Of a stretch of 64,000 nucleotides of DNA, positions 49,531 to 58,903 are shown piece after piece. The stretch is taken from positions 1 through 64,000 of the forward strand of contig CAWJSR010000026.1 in NCBI GenBank assembly GCA_963845515.1, in the 5' to 3' direction. The first letter of the stretch is position 1, and each line of letters opens with the position of its first letter. The translations under genes and the position numbers were made by a program. The notes below the pieces were generated by a model. It was given only the letters and a program-made list of their open reading frames with translations. It was not told where the DNA came from and did no database searches. Source of the DNA: an uncultured delta proteobacterium. GTDB lineage: Bacteria > Myxococcota > Myxococcia > Myxococcales > Anaeromyxobacteraceae.

Positions 49531-50457
49531 ATGAACGTCTCTGCCCGCATCGCAGCCGCCCTCCTCGCGACCGGACTCGCCGCTGCCTGCGCCTCCGGGG
49601 CGACGCCAGCGCCGGGGCCGACCCGGACCTCCCTCCCGAGGGCCGGCTCGCCCGAGGAGGCGCTCCCCGGGATCGACCTCTCCGCCCTCGCGCCGGAGCA
49701 GCGCAAGGCGGTGGCGGAGTGGGCGCAGGGCACGTTCACCTACTGTGGCGCGCCCCGCACCGTCAGCGTGGCCCTGCGCGAGGGCTCCGGCTGCCGGCAC
49801 GCGCCCCGCATGGCGCAGCTCGCGGTCCGGTTCGCGGCAGCCGGCGTGGCGGGCGGCGCGCTCCCGCGGGCGGTCACCGACTACTACGCCTCCTTCGACG
49901 CCTCCAAGCGGGCACGGCTCGACCTCGCGGCGTTCGGGCCGCCGCTCGGCGACCCGAAGGCACCGGTCGCGCTCGTCGAGTTCTCCGACTTCACCTGCCC
50001 CGCCTGCCAGCGGATCCGCTCGACGCTGGAGCAGTTCGTCGCCGATCGCCCCGGCCGCGTGCGGCTCCACTTCAAGCCCTACGCGATCCTCACGCACATG
50101 AACTCGCTCGAGGCGGCGCAGGCCGCCGAGTGGGCGCGCGACCGGGGCGCCTTCTGGAAGATGCACGACACCCTCTTCGACAATCCGTTCGTGAACGACC
50201 CCGAGTCGCTCGTCGGGTTCGCGCGCTCCCTGGGGCTCGACGGCGACGACCTCGCCGCCGCCCTCGGGTCCGAGCGCTACGCCGCGAAGGTGCAGGGCTC
50301 GATGGCCGAGGCACGTGAGGCGGGCATCCTCGCCACCCCGACGCTCTTCTTCAACGGCCGCATGCTCCGCCTGCCGGGGTCGCCGGAGAGCACGCTCGAG
50401 TTCACGCTCGAGGACGAGGAGGAGTGGGTGCGCAACGGTGGCTGGATCCGGGACTGA
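49531..50457 (+). CDS. DsbA-family thioredoxin lipoprotein
   Basis: Lipobox LAAAC; VEFSDFTCPAC; GILATPTLFFNG. Confidence 0.88.
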   Translation: MNVSARIAAALLATGLAAACASGATPAPGPTRTSLPRAGSPEEALPGIDLSALAPEQRKAVAEWAQGTFTYCGAPRTVSVALREGSGCRHAPRMAQLAVRFAAAGVAGGALPRAVTDYYASFDASKRARLDLAAFGPPLGDPKAPVALVEFSDFTCPACQRIRSTLEQFVADRPGRVRLHFKPYAILTHMNSLEAAQAAEWARDRGAFWKMHDTLFDNPFVNDPESLVGFARSLGLDGDDLAAALGSERYAAKVQGSMAEAREAGILATPTLFFNGRMLRLPGSPESTLEFTLEDEEEWVRNGGWIRD

Positions 50458-50460
50458 CGG

Positions 50461-51747
50461 TTGAAGACGGGAGCTCCCCACATGCGGCTCGACGTCGACG
50501 CGCACGGGCGCGTCACGCCCCGGGACGACGCGACGAGGCGCGCCCTCGCCGATCGGGCGGGGAGCTTCCTCCTCCTCCCGAGCGCGACCGACCTGCTCGT
50601 CGCCAGGCGCGGCACCGTCGTCGGGGGTGCCGCGGCCCGGCCGCGCTGCGTCCTGGCAGGGGACCTCTCCGGCTTCCCGATCGTCGACTTCGTCGCCTTC
50701 ATCCACCAGTCTCGCGTCACCGGGGTCCTCACCGTGGCCTCGGACGGAGCGGAGCGCTCGATCGCCTTCAAGGACGGCGAGGTCCGGAGCGCCGAGTCGA
50801 GCGCACCGGGCGAGCGGCTCGGCGAGGTGGCGATCCGGCTGGGATTCGCCACCCTGCAGCAGGTCGTGTCCGCCCAGTCGAGCGGAGAGCCGATCGGCCG
50901 CGCGCTCGTCTCGGGCGGTGCGCTCTCTGCCAACGACCTGTGGAAGTGCGTCCACGAGCAGGTCGGCGCCGTGTTCCATGCCATCCTGCTCGCCCGCGAG
51001 GGTGTCTTCCTCCTCGTCGACGAGGAGGTGACGGATCGGACCGGGGTGGCCCTCGCGGTCAACACCCAGTCGCTCCTGATGGACGGCATCAGGCGGATCG
51101 ACGAGCTGAGCCTCTTCAAGGCGCGAATCCCGGGGCCCACTGCGCTGCTGCGGCGACGCGAGCCCCGCCGCCCGGTGCCGCTGAACGCCGGAGAGCAGCT
51201 CCTCCTCTCGCTGGTCGATGGCCGCCGGACGGTGGCGGAGCTGGCGGCAGCCGCGCACCTCAACGAGTTCGACGCCACCAAGACGCTCTACCACCTGGCC
51301 GAGGCTGGCTACGTCGAGGGGGCCGGGGACGCAGGCGGCGGGGGCGGCGGGCGGGTGGAGAGCGTCGTCGCGTCGCTGAACGACCTGCTCCGGCTGGTGG
51401 CCGCGTCGGTCCCCGCGGACGACCGGCCCGCCTTCCTCGGCGCTGCGCGGAGCTTCCTCGCGGATCCGGCCTCGCTCCACGCGCCGCTCTGGCTGGGGCT
51501 GACGCCGTCCGACGACGGGTCCCTCGACCCGGGTGCGCTCCTCGGCAGGTTGGGGGGGCTGACGGCGCCGGCGCTCCAGCGACTCCAGCCCGCCGGCGAT
51601 CGGCGGGCGCTGGCGCTGGAGGCCCTGCGGGAGCTGCTCTTCTTCTACCTCTTCACCCTCGGCTCGAGCCTGCCGCGCGAGGAGGACGACGCGCTCGCGG
51701 CAGAGGTGAAGCACCGGCTCGGGACGCTGGAGGGTACCGCGGAGTGA
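50461..51747 (+). CDS. DUF4388 domain protein
   Basis: LAGDLSGFPIVDFV..SRVTGVL..FKDGEV..ERLGEV..NTQSLLMDGIRRIDE..LVDGRRTV. Confidence 0.8.
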   Translation: MKTGAPHMRLDVDAHGRVTPRDDATRRALADRAGSFLLLPSATDLLVARRGTVVGGAAARPRCVLAGDLSGFPIVDFVAFIHQSRVTGVLTVASDGAERSIAFKDGEVRSAESSAPGERLGEVAIRLGFATLQQVVSAQSSGEPIGRALVSGGALSANDLWKCVHEQVGAVFHAILLAREGVFLLVDEEVTDRTGVALAVNTQSLLMDGIRRIDELSLFKARIPGPTALLRRREPRRPVPLNAGEQLLLSLVDGRRTVAELAAAAHLNEFDATKTLYHLAEAGYVEGAGDAGGGGGGRVESVVASLNDLLRLVAASVPADDRPAFLGAARSFLADPASLHAPLWLGLTPSDDGSLDPGALLGRLGGLTAPALQRLQPAGDRRALALEALRELLFFYLFTLGSSLPREEDDALAAEVKHRLGTLEGTAE

Positions 51748-52793
51748 TCGAGCCGCTGCCGTTCGTCACCGCCGACCTCCCTGGCTCCGGTGGGACGCTC
51801 AAGGCCTCGCCGGAGGACTTCCGCGTCGACGAGATCCCGGCCTACCTGCCTTCTGGCCAGGGGCCCCACCTCTACCTGAAGGTCGAGAAGCGCGGCCGCA
51901 CCACGCGCGACGTCCTGCGGGACCTCGCTGCGAGGCTCGGCGTCCCCGAGCGCGACGCCGGGTACGCCGGGCTCAAGGATCGGCAGGCGGTCACCACCCA
52001 GTGGCTCTCGTTTCCGATGGCGCGCGATCCCGACCCCTCGTCCCTGGCAGGCGAGGGGCTGCGCGTCCTCGAGATCTCGCGCCACGCGAACAAGCTCCGG
52101 ACCGGCCACGTGCGGGGCAACCGCTTCGCGCTCGCGATCCGCGGCGGCGACCTGGAGCGGGCGCGGTCCTGCGCGACGGCGCTGGCGCAGCGCGGACTCG
52201 CCAACTTCTTCGGCGCCCAGCGCTTCGGCGCGGACGGGCGCAACGCCGAGGTCGGACGGGCCATCCTCCTGGGAGAGCGGTCGCCCGAGGCGGGGCGCGC
52301 CGCGAGGGATCGCTTCCTGCGACGGCTCTCCATCTCGGCCTGGCAGTCGGCCCTCTTCAACCGCTGGCTCGCCGAGCGGCTGGCAGACGGCCTCTTCGCG
52401 TCGGCGCTCGCAGGGGACGTCCTGAAGAAGCTCGACTCGGGCGGGACCTTCGTCTGCGAGGACCCGGAGGCCGATGGCGCGCGCGTCGCGCGCTTCGAGG
52501 TCAGCCCGGCGGGGCCCATGTTCGGCCACCGCATGCGCCCGACCGCCGCCGGCGAGCCGAGGGCGCGGGAGGAGCGGATCCTCCTCGCCGACGGCGTGAC
52601 GATCGCGGACCTCACGAGGGGCGGCGACGAGGCCGAGGGGACCTACCGCGCCGCGCGGCTCGCGGTGGCGATCGACCTCGCGCCCCTGGACGACGGGTAC
52701 CGCGCGGCCTTCGAGCTGCCGCGGGGATCCTACGCGACGGTGGTCATGCGCGAGCTGATGAAGAGCGAGGCGGCGCTGCCCGAGGAGGAGTGA
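51744..52793 (+). CDS. truD: tRNA pseudouridine(13) synthase
   Basis: PEDFRVDEI, GYAGLKDRQAVTTQW, KLRTGHVRGNRF, NFFGAQRFG, FELPRGSYAT. Confidence 0.95.
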   Translation: MIEPLPFVTADLPGSGGTLKASPEDFRVDEIPAYLPSGQGPHLYLKVEKRGRTTRDVLRDLAARLGVPERDAGYAGLKDRQAVTTQWLSFPMARDPDPSSLAGEGLRVLEISRHANKLRTGHVRGNRFALAIRGGDLERARSCATALAQRGLANFFGAQRFGADGRNAEVGRAILLGERSPEAGRAARDRFLRRLSISAWQSALFNRWLAERLADGLFASALAGDVLKKLDSGGTFVCEDPEADGARVARFEVSPAGPMFGHRMRPTAAGEPRAREERILLADGVTIADLTRGGDEAEGTYRAARLAVAIDLAPLDDGYRAAFELPRGSYATVVMRELMKSEAALPEEE

Positions 52794-52814
52794 CGCGAGG
52801 CTCGCGCGGCGCCA

Positions 52815-53708
52815 TCAACCGACCGTGGCGTGCCGGGCCATCCACTCCGCCGCCCGGCTGGCGAGGTAGCTCACCACCGTCACGTCGGACGGGCCGAAGG
52901 GCTGTCCCCCGCTCCGATTCAGGACCTGGAGCGCGCCAAGGATCTCGCCGTCGAGGAGCATCGGCGCGCACAGCACCGACCGTGACTCGTAGCCGACCGC
53001 CTCCGCTATCCCGCGGAAGTAGCGCGGGTGGTGGACCGCGTCGCTCACCGCGACGCAGACCCGCTCCTGCGCGCAGAAGCCGACGAGGCCGAGCCCCATC
53101 GGGATGTGCATCCCGAGCCTCAGCACCTCTGCGGCCCGCGGCCCGCGCGCGACCTCGAAGAGCAGATCCCCCGTGTCCGACTCCAGCACGAAGGCCGAAC
53201 CCGCCTCGGCGTCGGTGTAGCGGAGCGCCAGGTCCAGGGTGAGCGAGAGCGCCGACAGCCTATCGGCCGCGCCCGCGAGCTCCTCCGCGCGGTCGAAGAG
53301 CTCTGCGAGGAGGGCGCCAGTGCCGGCGGGGGCGTGGGGACGGCCGATGCGCGCCGGCGGCGGCTGGGCCGGCGCAGGGACCTCGACGATGCGCTCGGCG
53401 ATCGAGGAGGGGTGCTCGCTGGAGGACTCCTCCACCAGCGCCGCCTCGAGACCATCGGGCTCCACGGCGCCGAGCTCGTGGATCCTGAACACGCGCCCGC
53501 TATCGGGGTCGGTCACGTGGACCGAGCCGTCGGGCTTGATGTCGCAGAGGACGTGGGCGGGCGGCGCGGGGAGCCCGAAGCGCTCGAGGCCGGCCTTGAG
53601 CGCCGCGAGCCAGTGCGCAGCGTCCACCCGCAGCGTCAGCGCGGCCGGGAGGCCGGGCGGCGCTTCTGGGACGTAGACCTCGAAGCGCGCCAAGGGGCCC
53701 TCCCTCAC
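52815..53708 (-). CDS. GAF-domain protein with an uncharacterised N-terminal domain and no output domain
   Basis: EAGSAF..GDLLFEVARG..GLVGFC..SRSVLCAPM..GALQVLNR; N-terminal WLAALKAGL..CDIKPDGSVHVTD. Confidence 0.75.
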   Translation of the reverse strand: MREGPLARFEVYVPEAPPGLPAALTLRVDAAHWLAALKAGLERFGLPAPPAHVLCDIKPDGSVHVTDPDSGRVFRIHELGAVEPDGLEAALVEESSSEHPSSIAERIVEVPAPAQPPPARIGRPHAPAGTGALLAELFDRAEELAGAADRLSALSLTLDLALRYTDAEAGSAFVLESDTGDLLFEVARGPRAAEVLRLGMHIPMGLGLVGFCAQERVCVAVSDAVHHPRYFRGIAEAVGYESRSVLCAPMLLDGEILGALQVLNRSGGQPFGPSDVTVVSYLASRAAEWMARHATVG

Positions 53709-55147
53709 TCCAGGGAGACGATGCGGAACTCGGTCCGCCGGTTCTGTCCGCGCCCCATGGCGGTCCTGTTGGAGGCGATCGGGCGGGTCGGGCCGTAGCC
53801 GACCGACTCCAGCCGATCCGGCGCGATCCCCTTCTGGACCAGGTAGGCGCGGACCGCCTCGGCACGCTTCGTCGAGAGCCGCATGTTGAAGGCCTCGGTG
53901 CCGACGTTGTCGGTGTGCCCCTCGATGGAGATCCGCATCTTCGGATAGTCGTTCAGCACCGCCACGACCTGGTTGAGCAGGTTGAAGCTGTCCGGCAGGA
54001 CGAGCCACTTGCCGGAGGCGAAGTGCACCTGCTGCTTGATCTCGATCCGGTCCTTCTTCACCTCGACCAGCGTGTACTTCTTCGGGCAGCCGTCGGGCGG
54101 CATGCCGAAGTTGTCCGGACACTTGTCCGCCCGGTCCGAGACGCTGTCGCCGTCGCGATCGGTGTCGGGACAGCCGTCGTTCTCCTTCGGCCCGGTGTTG
54201 AGGGGGCACTTGTCCTCGGCGTCGGTGATCCCGTCGCCGTCCTGGTCCGGACAGCCCTGGAACTCCTTCTTGCCGGCGACGGTCGGGCACTTGTCCTCGG
54301 CGTCGGGCACGCCGTCGCCGTCGGCGTCTGGGCAGCCCTTGAACTCGACCTTCCCAGGGACGTCCGGGCACCGGTCCTCGTCGTCGTTCACGCCGTCGCC
54401 GTCGCGGTCGAAGACCGGACAGCCGCGGTTCTCGATGGGGCCCAGGTTGTTCGGGCAGGAGTCCATCCTGTCCACGATGCCGTCGTTGTCGTTGTCGGAG
54501 TCGGGGCAGCCGTCCTCGTCCTGGAAGCCGTCCTTGTCCTCCGGGTTGTCCGGGCAGCGGTCGATGTCGTCCGGGGTCCCGTCGCCGTCGGTGTCGCGGG
54601 AGACCGGGCAGCCCTGCGTCTCCCGCGGCCCCGGCTGCTTCGGGCAGGCGTCGTCGGCGTCCGGGATCCCGTCGCCGTCCTGGTCCGGGCAGCCCTGGAA
54701 CTCCGCCTTCCCGGGGAGGTCGGGGCACTTGTCTTCGAGGTCGGCCACGCCGTCCTGATCGCGGTCGGTCTTCTCGATCACCAGCACCACCTTCTTCTTC
54801 TCGGGCGGCGGCGTGGTGGGGGGAGGCTGCTTCCGATCGCGGATGGTGACCTGCGTCGGGCCGCAGGTCTTCGAGAGATCGAGCGCCTTCTTGACGTTGA
54901 CCTGCGCGACGTCGAGGTGATCGCGCGCGCGGGTGGCGCTCCCCTGGCTGATCTCGAGCAGCGCGAACTCGATGTTGCTCTCGGCCAGCGCGGTCTCCTT
55001 CGGAGCGCACTTCACGGCGCCCGACCGGCGGGCCTTCTCGAGGTCGGCCCTGGCGACGTCGGCGTCCGCGAGGAGCTTCCCGCCGGTGGCGCAGCCGGCG
55101 GCGAGCGCCGTCGAGACGATGACGTGGAGGACGCGCGATCGCATCAC
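53705..55147 (-). CDS. OmpA-family lipoprotein with DUF4398-like N-terminus and thrombospondin type-3 repeats
   Basis: Lipobox LAAGC; about 8 DxDGDG.PD..DKCP...GCP repeats; IEGHTD..LSTKRAEAV..GYG..NRRTEF. Confidence 0.92.
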   Translation of the reverse strand: MMRSRVLHVIVSTALAAGCATGGKLLADADVARADLEKARRSGAVKCAPKETALAESNIEFALLEISQGSATRARDHLDVAQVNVKKALDLSKTCGPTQVTIRDRKQPPPTTPPPEKKKVVLVIEKTDRDQDGVADLEDKCPDLPGKAEFQGCPDQDGDGIPDADDACPKQPGPRETQGCPVSRDTDGDGTPDDIDRCPDNPEDKDGFQDEDGCPDSDNDNDGIVDRMDSCPNNLGPIENRGCPVFDRDGDGVNDDEDRCPDVPGKVEFKGCPDADGDGVPDAEDKCPTVAGKKEFQGCPDQDGDGITDAEDKCPLNTGPKENDGCPDTDRDGDSVSDRADKCPDNFGMPPDGCPKKYTLVEVKKDRIEIKQQVHFASGKWLVLPDSFNLLNQVVAVLNDYPKMRISIEGHTDNVGTEAFNMRLSTKRAEAVRAYLVQKGIAPDRLESVGYGPTRPIASNRTAMGRGQNRRTEFRIVSLE

Positions 55148-55443
55148 GGGGTCTCCGTCGGCCGGTTGCTCGCGTTGATCGCCTTCTCGCGGGCCTCCTT
55201 GGCGAGGTCTCTGGCCTTCAGGGCGAAGTCGGTGGCCGGCTGGTACTGGGCGTAGCCGGCCTCCTCCCGCGCCTTGCGCAGGTAGGCCTCGGCGGAGGTG
55301 AACTCATAGGGCGCGGCGGTCGCCGCCCCAGCGGAGCGCGCGGCCTCGACCTCGATGTCCGCCTCGATGAGCGGCGGGGTCGACTGGATTGGGCCGCAAC
55401 CCGCGGCCGCCGCGAGCGCGAAGAGGGCGAGGACGAACCGCAC
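55144..55443 (-). CDS. DUF4398 lipoprotein
   Basis: GTG after SD AAGGAG; lipobox AAGC; APYEFTSAEAYLRKAREEAG. Confidence 0.75.
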   Translation of the reverse strand: MRFVLALFALAAAAGCGPIQSTPPLIEADIEVEAARSAGAATAAPYEFTSAEAYLRKAREEAGYAQYQPATDFALKARDLAKEAREKAINASNRPTETP

Positions 55444-55474
55444 GGACGAGCTCCTTCTGTGGCAACCGTGGCCG

Positions 55475-55503
55475 ACGCTACCCGGGACCCCCCGGGCAGT
55501 CAA
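55475..55503 (-). promoter_or_regulatory. Sigma70-type promoter of the DUF4398-OmpA-GAF operon
   Basis: TTGACT-N17-TAGCGT. Confidence 0.6.
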
Positions 55504-55544
55504 GGAACGCCCGGGGCCGCGACATGGCGCTGCGCGCTCCCGGC

Positions 55545-56166
55545 TCACTTCCCGAAAACGCCCAGCCAGAGGGTCTTCCCGTGCTTCACCTGCACCGTCT
55601 TCTCGCGCCTCCCGGCGAGGCCGTGCTCCGCGAAGAGCCGCGTCAGCTCGGCTGGATCGACGAAGTGCATCGCCTTCGAGATGATCTGCATCGCGCGGTT
55701 GACGGGCTCGGGCGCGTTGCCGCCAGGGAGCTGCACCACGACGGCGCAGGTGCCGCCTGGCGCCAGCCACTCGGCGAAGCGGCGGACGGCGACCTCGGGC
55801 TGTACGTACTCGAGGACCAGCGACGCGTGGATCAGGTCGAAGCTGCCCGGCGAGCTGGCGGAACTTCTCGATCTCGGAGCAGTAGAGCTCCAGCGTGGGG
55901 CCGAGGTGGAAGAAGCGCTGGCGGGCGATGCCGAGATATTGAAGGTTCACGTCCACGCCGACCGCGCGCTTCGTGATCGACGGGTCGACGTGCTCGAGCC
56001 CGTTTCCAGTGGAGCACCCGACGACGAGCAGCCGGTCCGGCTGCGCCGACAGGTAGACCTCCTGGAAGAGCTGGGCGAGCGGCGCGAGCTGGTCCGCGCC
56101 TGCCGGTCCCATGTGCGTCTCGTAGTCGATCGCCGGGACGACGGTCCAGGGGTTGGGTGTGCTCAT
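55545..56166 (-). CDS. Class I SAM-dependent methyltransferase (apparent frameshift ~55855)
   Basis: DYETHM, LVVGCSTGNGLEH, GVDVNLQYL; SFDLIHASLVLEY..WLAPGG in the shifted frame. Confidence 0.75.
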
Positions 56167-56194
56167 CGCTGGTGGAGCTCCTGGGGCCTGGCCC

Positions 56195-56966
56195 TCAAGC
56201 GTGCGCCTGGACGAGGACGCAGGTGATGTTGTCGACGCCGCCGGCCTCGTTCGCCGCGGCGACGATGGCGTCGCAGCGCCCCCTGCAGGTCGCCAGGATG
56301 GGCACGGATGATCTCGGCGAGCCCCTCGTCCGGGACCATGTTGGTGACCCCGTCGCAGCAGAGGAGCATGACGTCCTCCGCCTCGAGCCGCTCGCTGAAG
56401 ACGTCCACCTCGACGTGAGGTCGCATCCCGAGGGCGCGGACGATCACGTTCTTGTGCGGGAAGGCCTGGATCTCCTCGGCCGTCAGCTTCTTCGTCTTGA
56501 TGTAGTCGTTCAGGAGCGAGTGGTCCTCGGTCACCTGCCGGATGACGCCGCGCCGCCAGTGGTAGACGCGGCTGTCGCCGACGTGCCCCACGAGGACGTC
56601 GGGGCCGCCGCGGGGGAAGAAGGCCGACACGAGCGTCGTGCCCATGTTCCGCAGCCGCGTGTCCGACTGGCCGCGCTCGTGGATGCGCAGGTTCGCGAGC
56701 TTGATGCCGGTGACCAGCCGGTTCTCGTCGTAGCTGCGCGCCGGATCCTCGCGAAAGGGCCAGGTTGCCTCCTCGTCGCGCCCCGTGACACGGAAGAACT
56801 CGGCCATCTCCTCCACGGCGATCCGGGAGGCGACCTCGCCCGAGGCGTGGCCGCCCATCCCGTCGGCGACGCAGAACAGGCTCTCCTCGGGGAGCATGAG
56901 GAACGCGTCCTCGTTGAGCGTCCGCTTCAATCCGACGTTGGTCGCGCCGGCCCAGGTCACGCGCAT
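56195..56966 (-). CDS. PP2C-family Ser/Thr phosphatase (Pph1-like; apparent frameshift ~56277)
   Basis: TNVGLKRTLNED, VADGMGGHASGEVAS, HVGDSR, CCDGV; GGVDNIT in the shifted frame. Confidence 0.92.
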
Positions 56967-57080
56967 CGAGGATCCTCTCGCTTCGACGTTTCGAGGTTAG
57001 CCTCGCGGGGGGGGCACCGTCCACTAGGAGAAGGTGCCCCGAGGACTTTGGGCCGCGACGAACGGGGCCGCCGGGGTAGG

Positions 57081-58763
57081 ATGCCGGCCGTGAGCCTGCT
57101 CCTAGCCGCCGGCGACCTCGCGCAGACCCCGCTGGCCGCCATCCTGCTGGAGGCGCTGAACACGCGCGCCACCGGCGTCCTCTCGGTCGCACACGGCGAC
57201 GGCACGTCGCGCGTCTACATCCGCGACGGCCGCCCCGCCGGGGCGCAGGTGGCCGTCGGCTTCCGCCCGCTCGGCCACATCCTGCTCCAGGCCGGCGTGA
57301 TCGACATCGACGTCCTCTCGCGCAGCCTCGCCCAGATGGCGGCGACACGCCGTCCCCAGGGGGAGATCCTCGTCGAGCTTGGCGCGCTGGGACGCGACGT
57401 GGTGGAGCGCTACCTCGCCGAGCAGCAGACCGGCTACGTGACGCTCATCGCCTCGCTCGAGAGTGGCGGCTTCCGCTTCGACCGGACGTCGGTCCCGGAC
57501 TGGACGCGGACCAGCCAGCTGCCGACCCTCCGGATCATCGTGGAGGCGATGGAGCGCCCGCAGGCGGGGGCGCTGGTGGCCTCGGCGCTCCAGGCGGTCG
57601 CGGCCGGGAGCGTCCGGCTAGCACCGGGCTACGCCGACGTCGCCTCCCACTTCCGCTGGTCCCCTGCGGAGCGCGCGCTCGTCGAGCGGATCTCCCGCCC
57701 GGCCCCGCTCGACAAGTTCTTCGCGCCGGGAGAGGTGGCGCCCGAGCGGACGCGCGCGATCATCGGCACGCTCCTCCTGCTCGGCCTCGCGGGCCCTCCC
57801 GGCGAGCAGCAGGACGCCCCCGCCGGACTGGAGCTCGAGCTCCCGGCGGCCACGCCAGCGCCTTCGCCCGTCCCGTCTCCATCACCGGCGGCGCCGGCAC
57901 GGCGGAGCGACCCGGCCGAGGCCAGGGCGCGCCGCCAGCGGCTCCTTCAACGCGCGATGCAGAACATGGGGATCGGGCCGTTCGCAGGGCGCCCGGCCGG
58001 CGGCGGACCAGCGCCGACCCCACCAGCCCCCGCCCCGGCCGAGAAGCCGGCGGCGAGCGCTCCGGCCGCGCCGGGCTCGGTGGAGGAGAGGCTTCGGCAG
58101 TCGCTCCTCGACGTGGCCCCCCGGGCCCGCGACCCGAACTTCTTCGTACGGCTGGGGCTCGACACGAGCGCCGGGCGGGACTCGGTGAAGAAGGCCTACC
58201 TGGACCTCGCCAAGCAGTTCCATCCCGACCGCTACGCGTCGCCCGCCCTCGAGGACGTGCGCGACCTGGTGCGCGACTTCTTCACCGCGGTGAACGAGGC
58301 CTACGAGACCCTCTCCGACGATCGGAAGCGGGCGGACTACCTGGGGACGCTGAAGGCGGTGGGCTCGGGCAACCCGGCCACGTCGATGGCGGCGGCCGGC
58401 GCCCAGATCGACTTCGAGAAGGGCGAGGCCTGCATCCGGACGCGCGACTTCGCCAAGGGGCGTGCATTCCTCGAGGCCGCCGTCCGCGCGCACCCGATCG
58501 CGAGGTTCCAGGCCGCGCTGGCGTGGGCGTACGTCGCCGATCCCACGACCAGGGACCGCGAGCGGGCTCGCGAGCTCATCGACCTGGCGAAGAAGGACCC
58601 GGCCTGCGACCGCGCCTGGTTCATCGCCGGCGTCCTCGCGCGTGACGAGGGCAACGACTTCGCCGCCGAGAAGTACTTCAACACCTGCCTCAAGGCGAAC
58701 CCGCGCCACGCCGACGCGGTGCGGGAGCTGCGCGCGATCGAGCTGAGGAGGAAGAAGCAGTAG
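57081..58763 (+). CDS. DUF4388-like plus DnaJ (J-domain) plus TPR protein
   Basis: [45 protein letters not shown]-terminal TPRs. Confidence 0.85.
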   Translation: MPAVSLLLAAGDLAQTPLAAILLEALNTRATGVLSVAHGDGTSRVYIRDGRPAGAQVAVGFRPLGHILLQAGVIDIDVLSRSLAQMAATRRPQGEILVELGALGRDVVERYLAEQQTGYVTLIASLESGGFRFDRTSVPDWTRTSQLPTLRIIVEAMERPQAGALVASALQAVAAGSVRLAPGYADVASHFRWSPAERALVERISRPAPLDKFFAPGEVAPERTRAIIGTLLLLGLAGPPGEQQDAPAGLELELPAATPAPSPVPSPSPAAPARRSDPAEARARRQRLLQRAMQNMGIGPFAGRPAGGGPAPTPPAPAPAEKPAASAPAAPGSVEERLRQSLLDVAPRARDPNFFVRLGLDTSAGRDSVKKAYLDLAKQFHPDRYASPALEDVRDLVRDFFTAVNEAYETLSDDRKRADYLGTLKAVGSGNPATSMAAAGAQIDFEKGEACIRTRDFAKGRAFLEAAVRAHPIARFQAALAWAYVADPTTRDRERARELIDLAKKDPACDRAWFIAGVLARDEGNDFAAEKYFNTCLKANPRHADAVRELRAIELRRKKQ

Positions 58764-58768
58764 GGCGA

Positions 58769-58811
58769 CCCACTCACCCTCCCCTCCTCCCCGGCGGCCC
58801 TCGGGAGAGGG
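58769..58811. repeat. Degenerate REP-like element
   Basis: cccactcaccctcccctcctcccc...gggagaggg, an inverted relative of the 63025 copy. Confidence 0.45.
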
Positions 58812-58903
58812 TCATCCGTGAACGGCCACCATCCTTGACTCGCCCCCGGTTCTGGGGCGTGATCCGCTCGCGCGGCCCCCAAAAGCCGCGGAAAGGCGAC
58901 ATC

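Noticed and set aside
50424..52793. N-terminally extended TruD, and similar extensions of ORFs 52815..55010, 55144..57348, 31371..34436 and 5868..7550
   Set aside because: The extensions are stop-free off-frame readings of neighbouring genes, or frameshift read-through, common in high-GC DNA.
53705..55147. TraB (outer-membrane exchange) call
   Set aside because: It has TSP3 and OmpA but a short helical lipoprotein N-terminus, not a beta-barrel, and no traA is adjacent.
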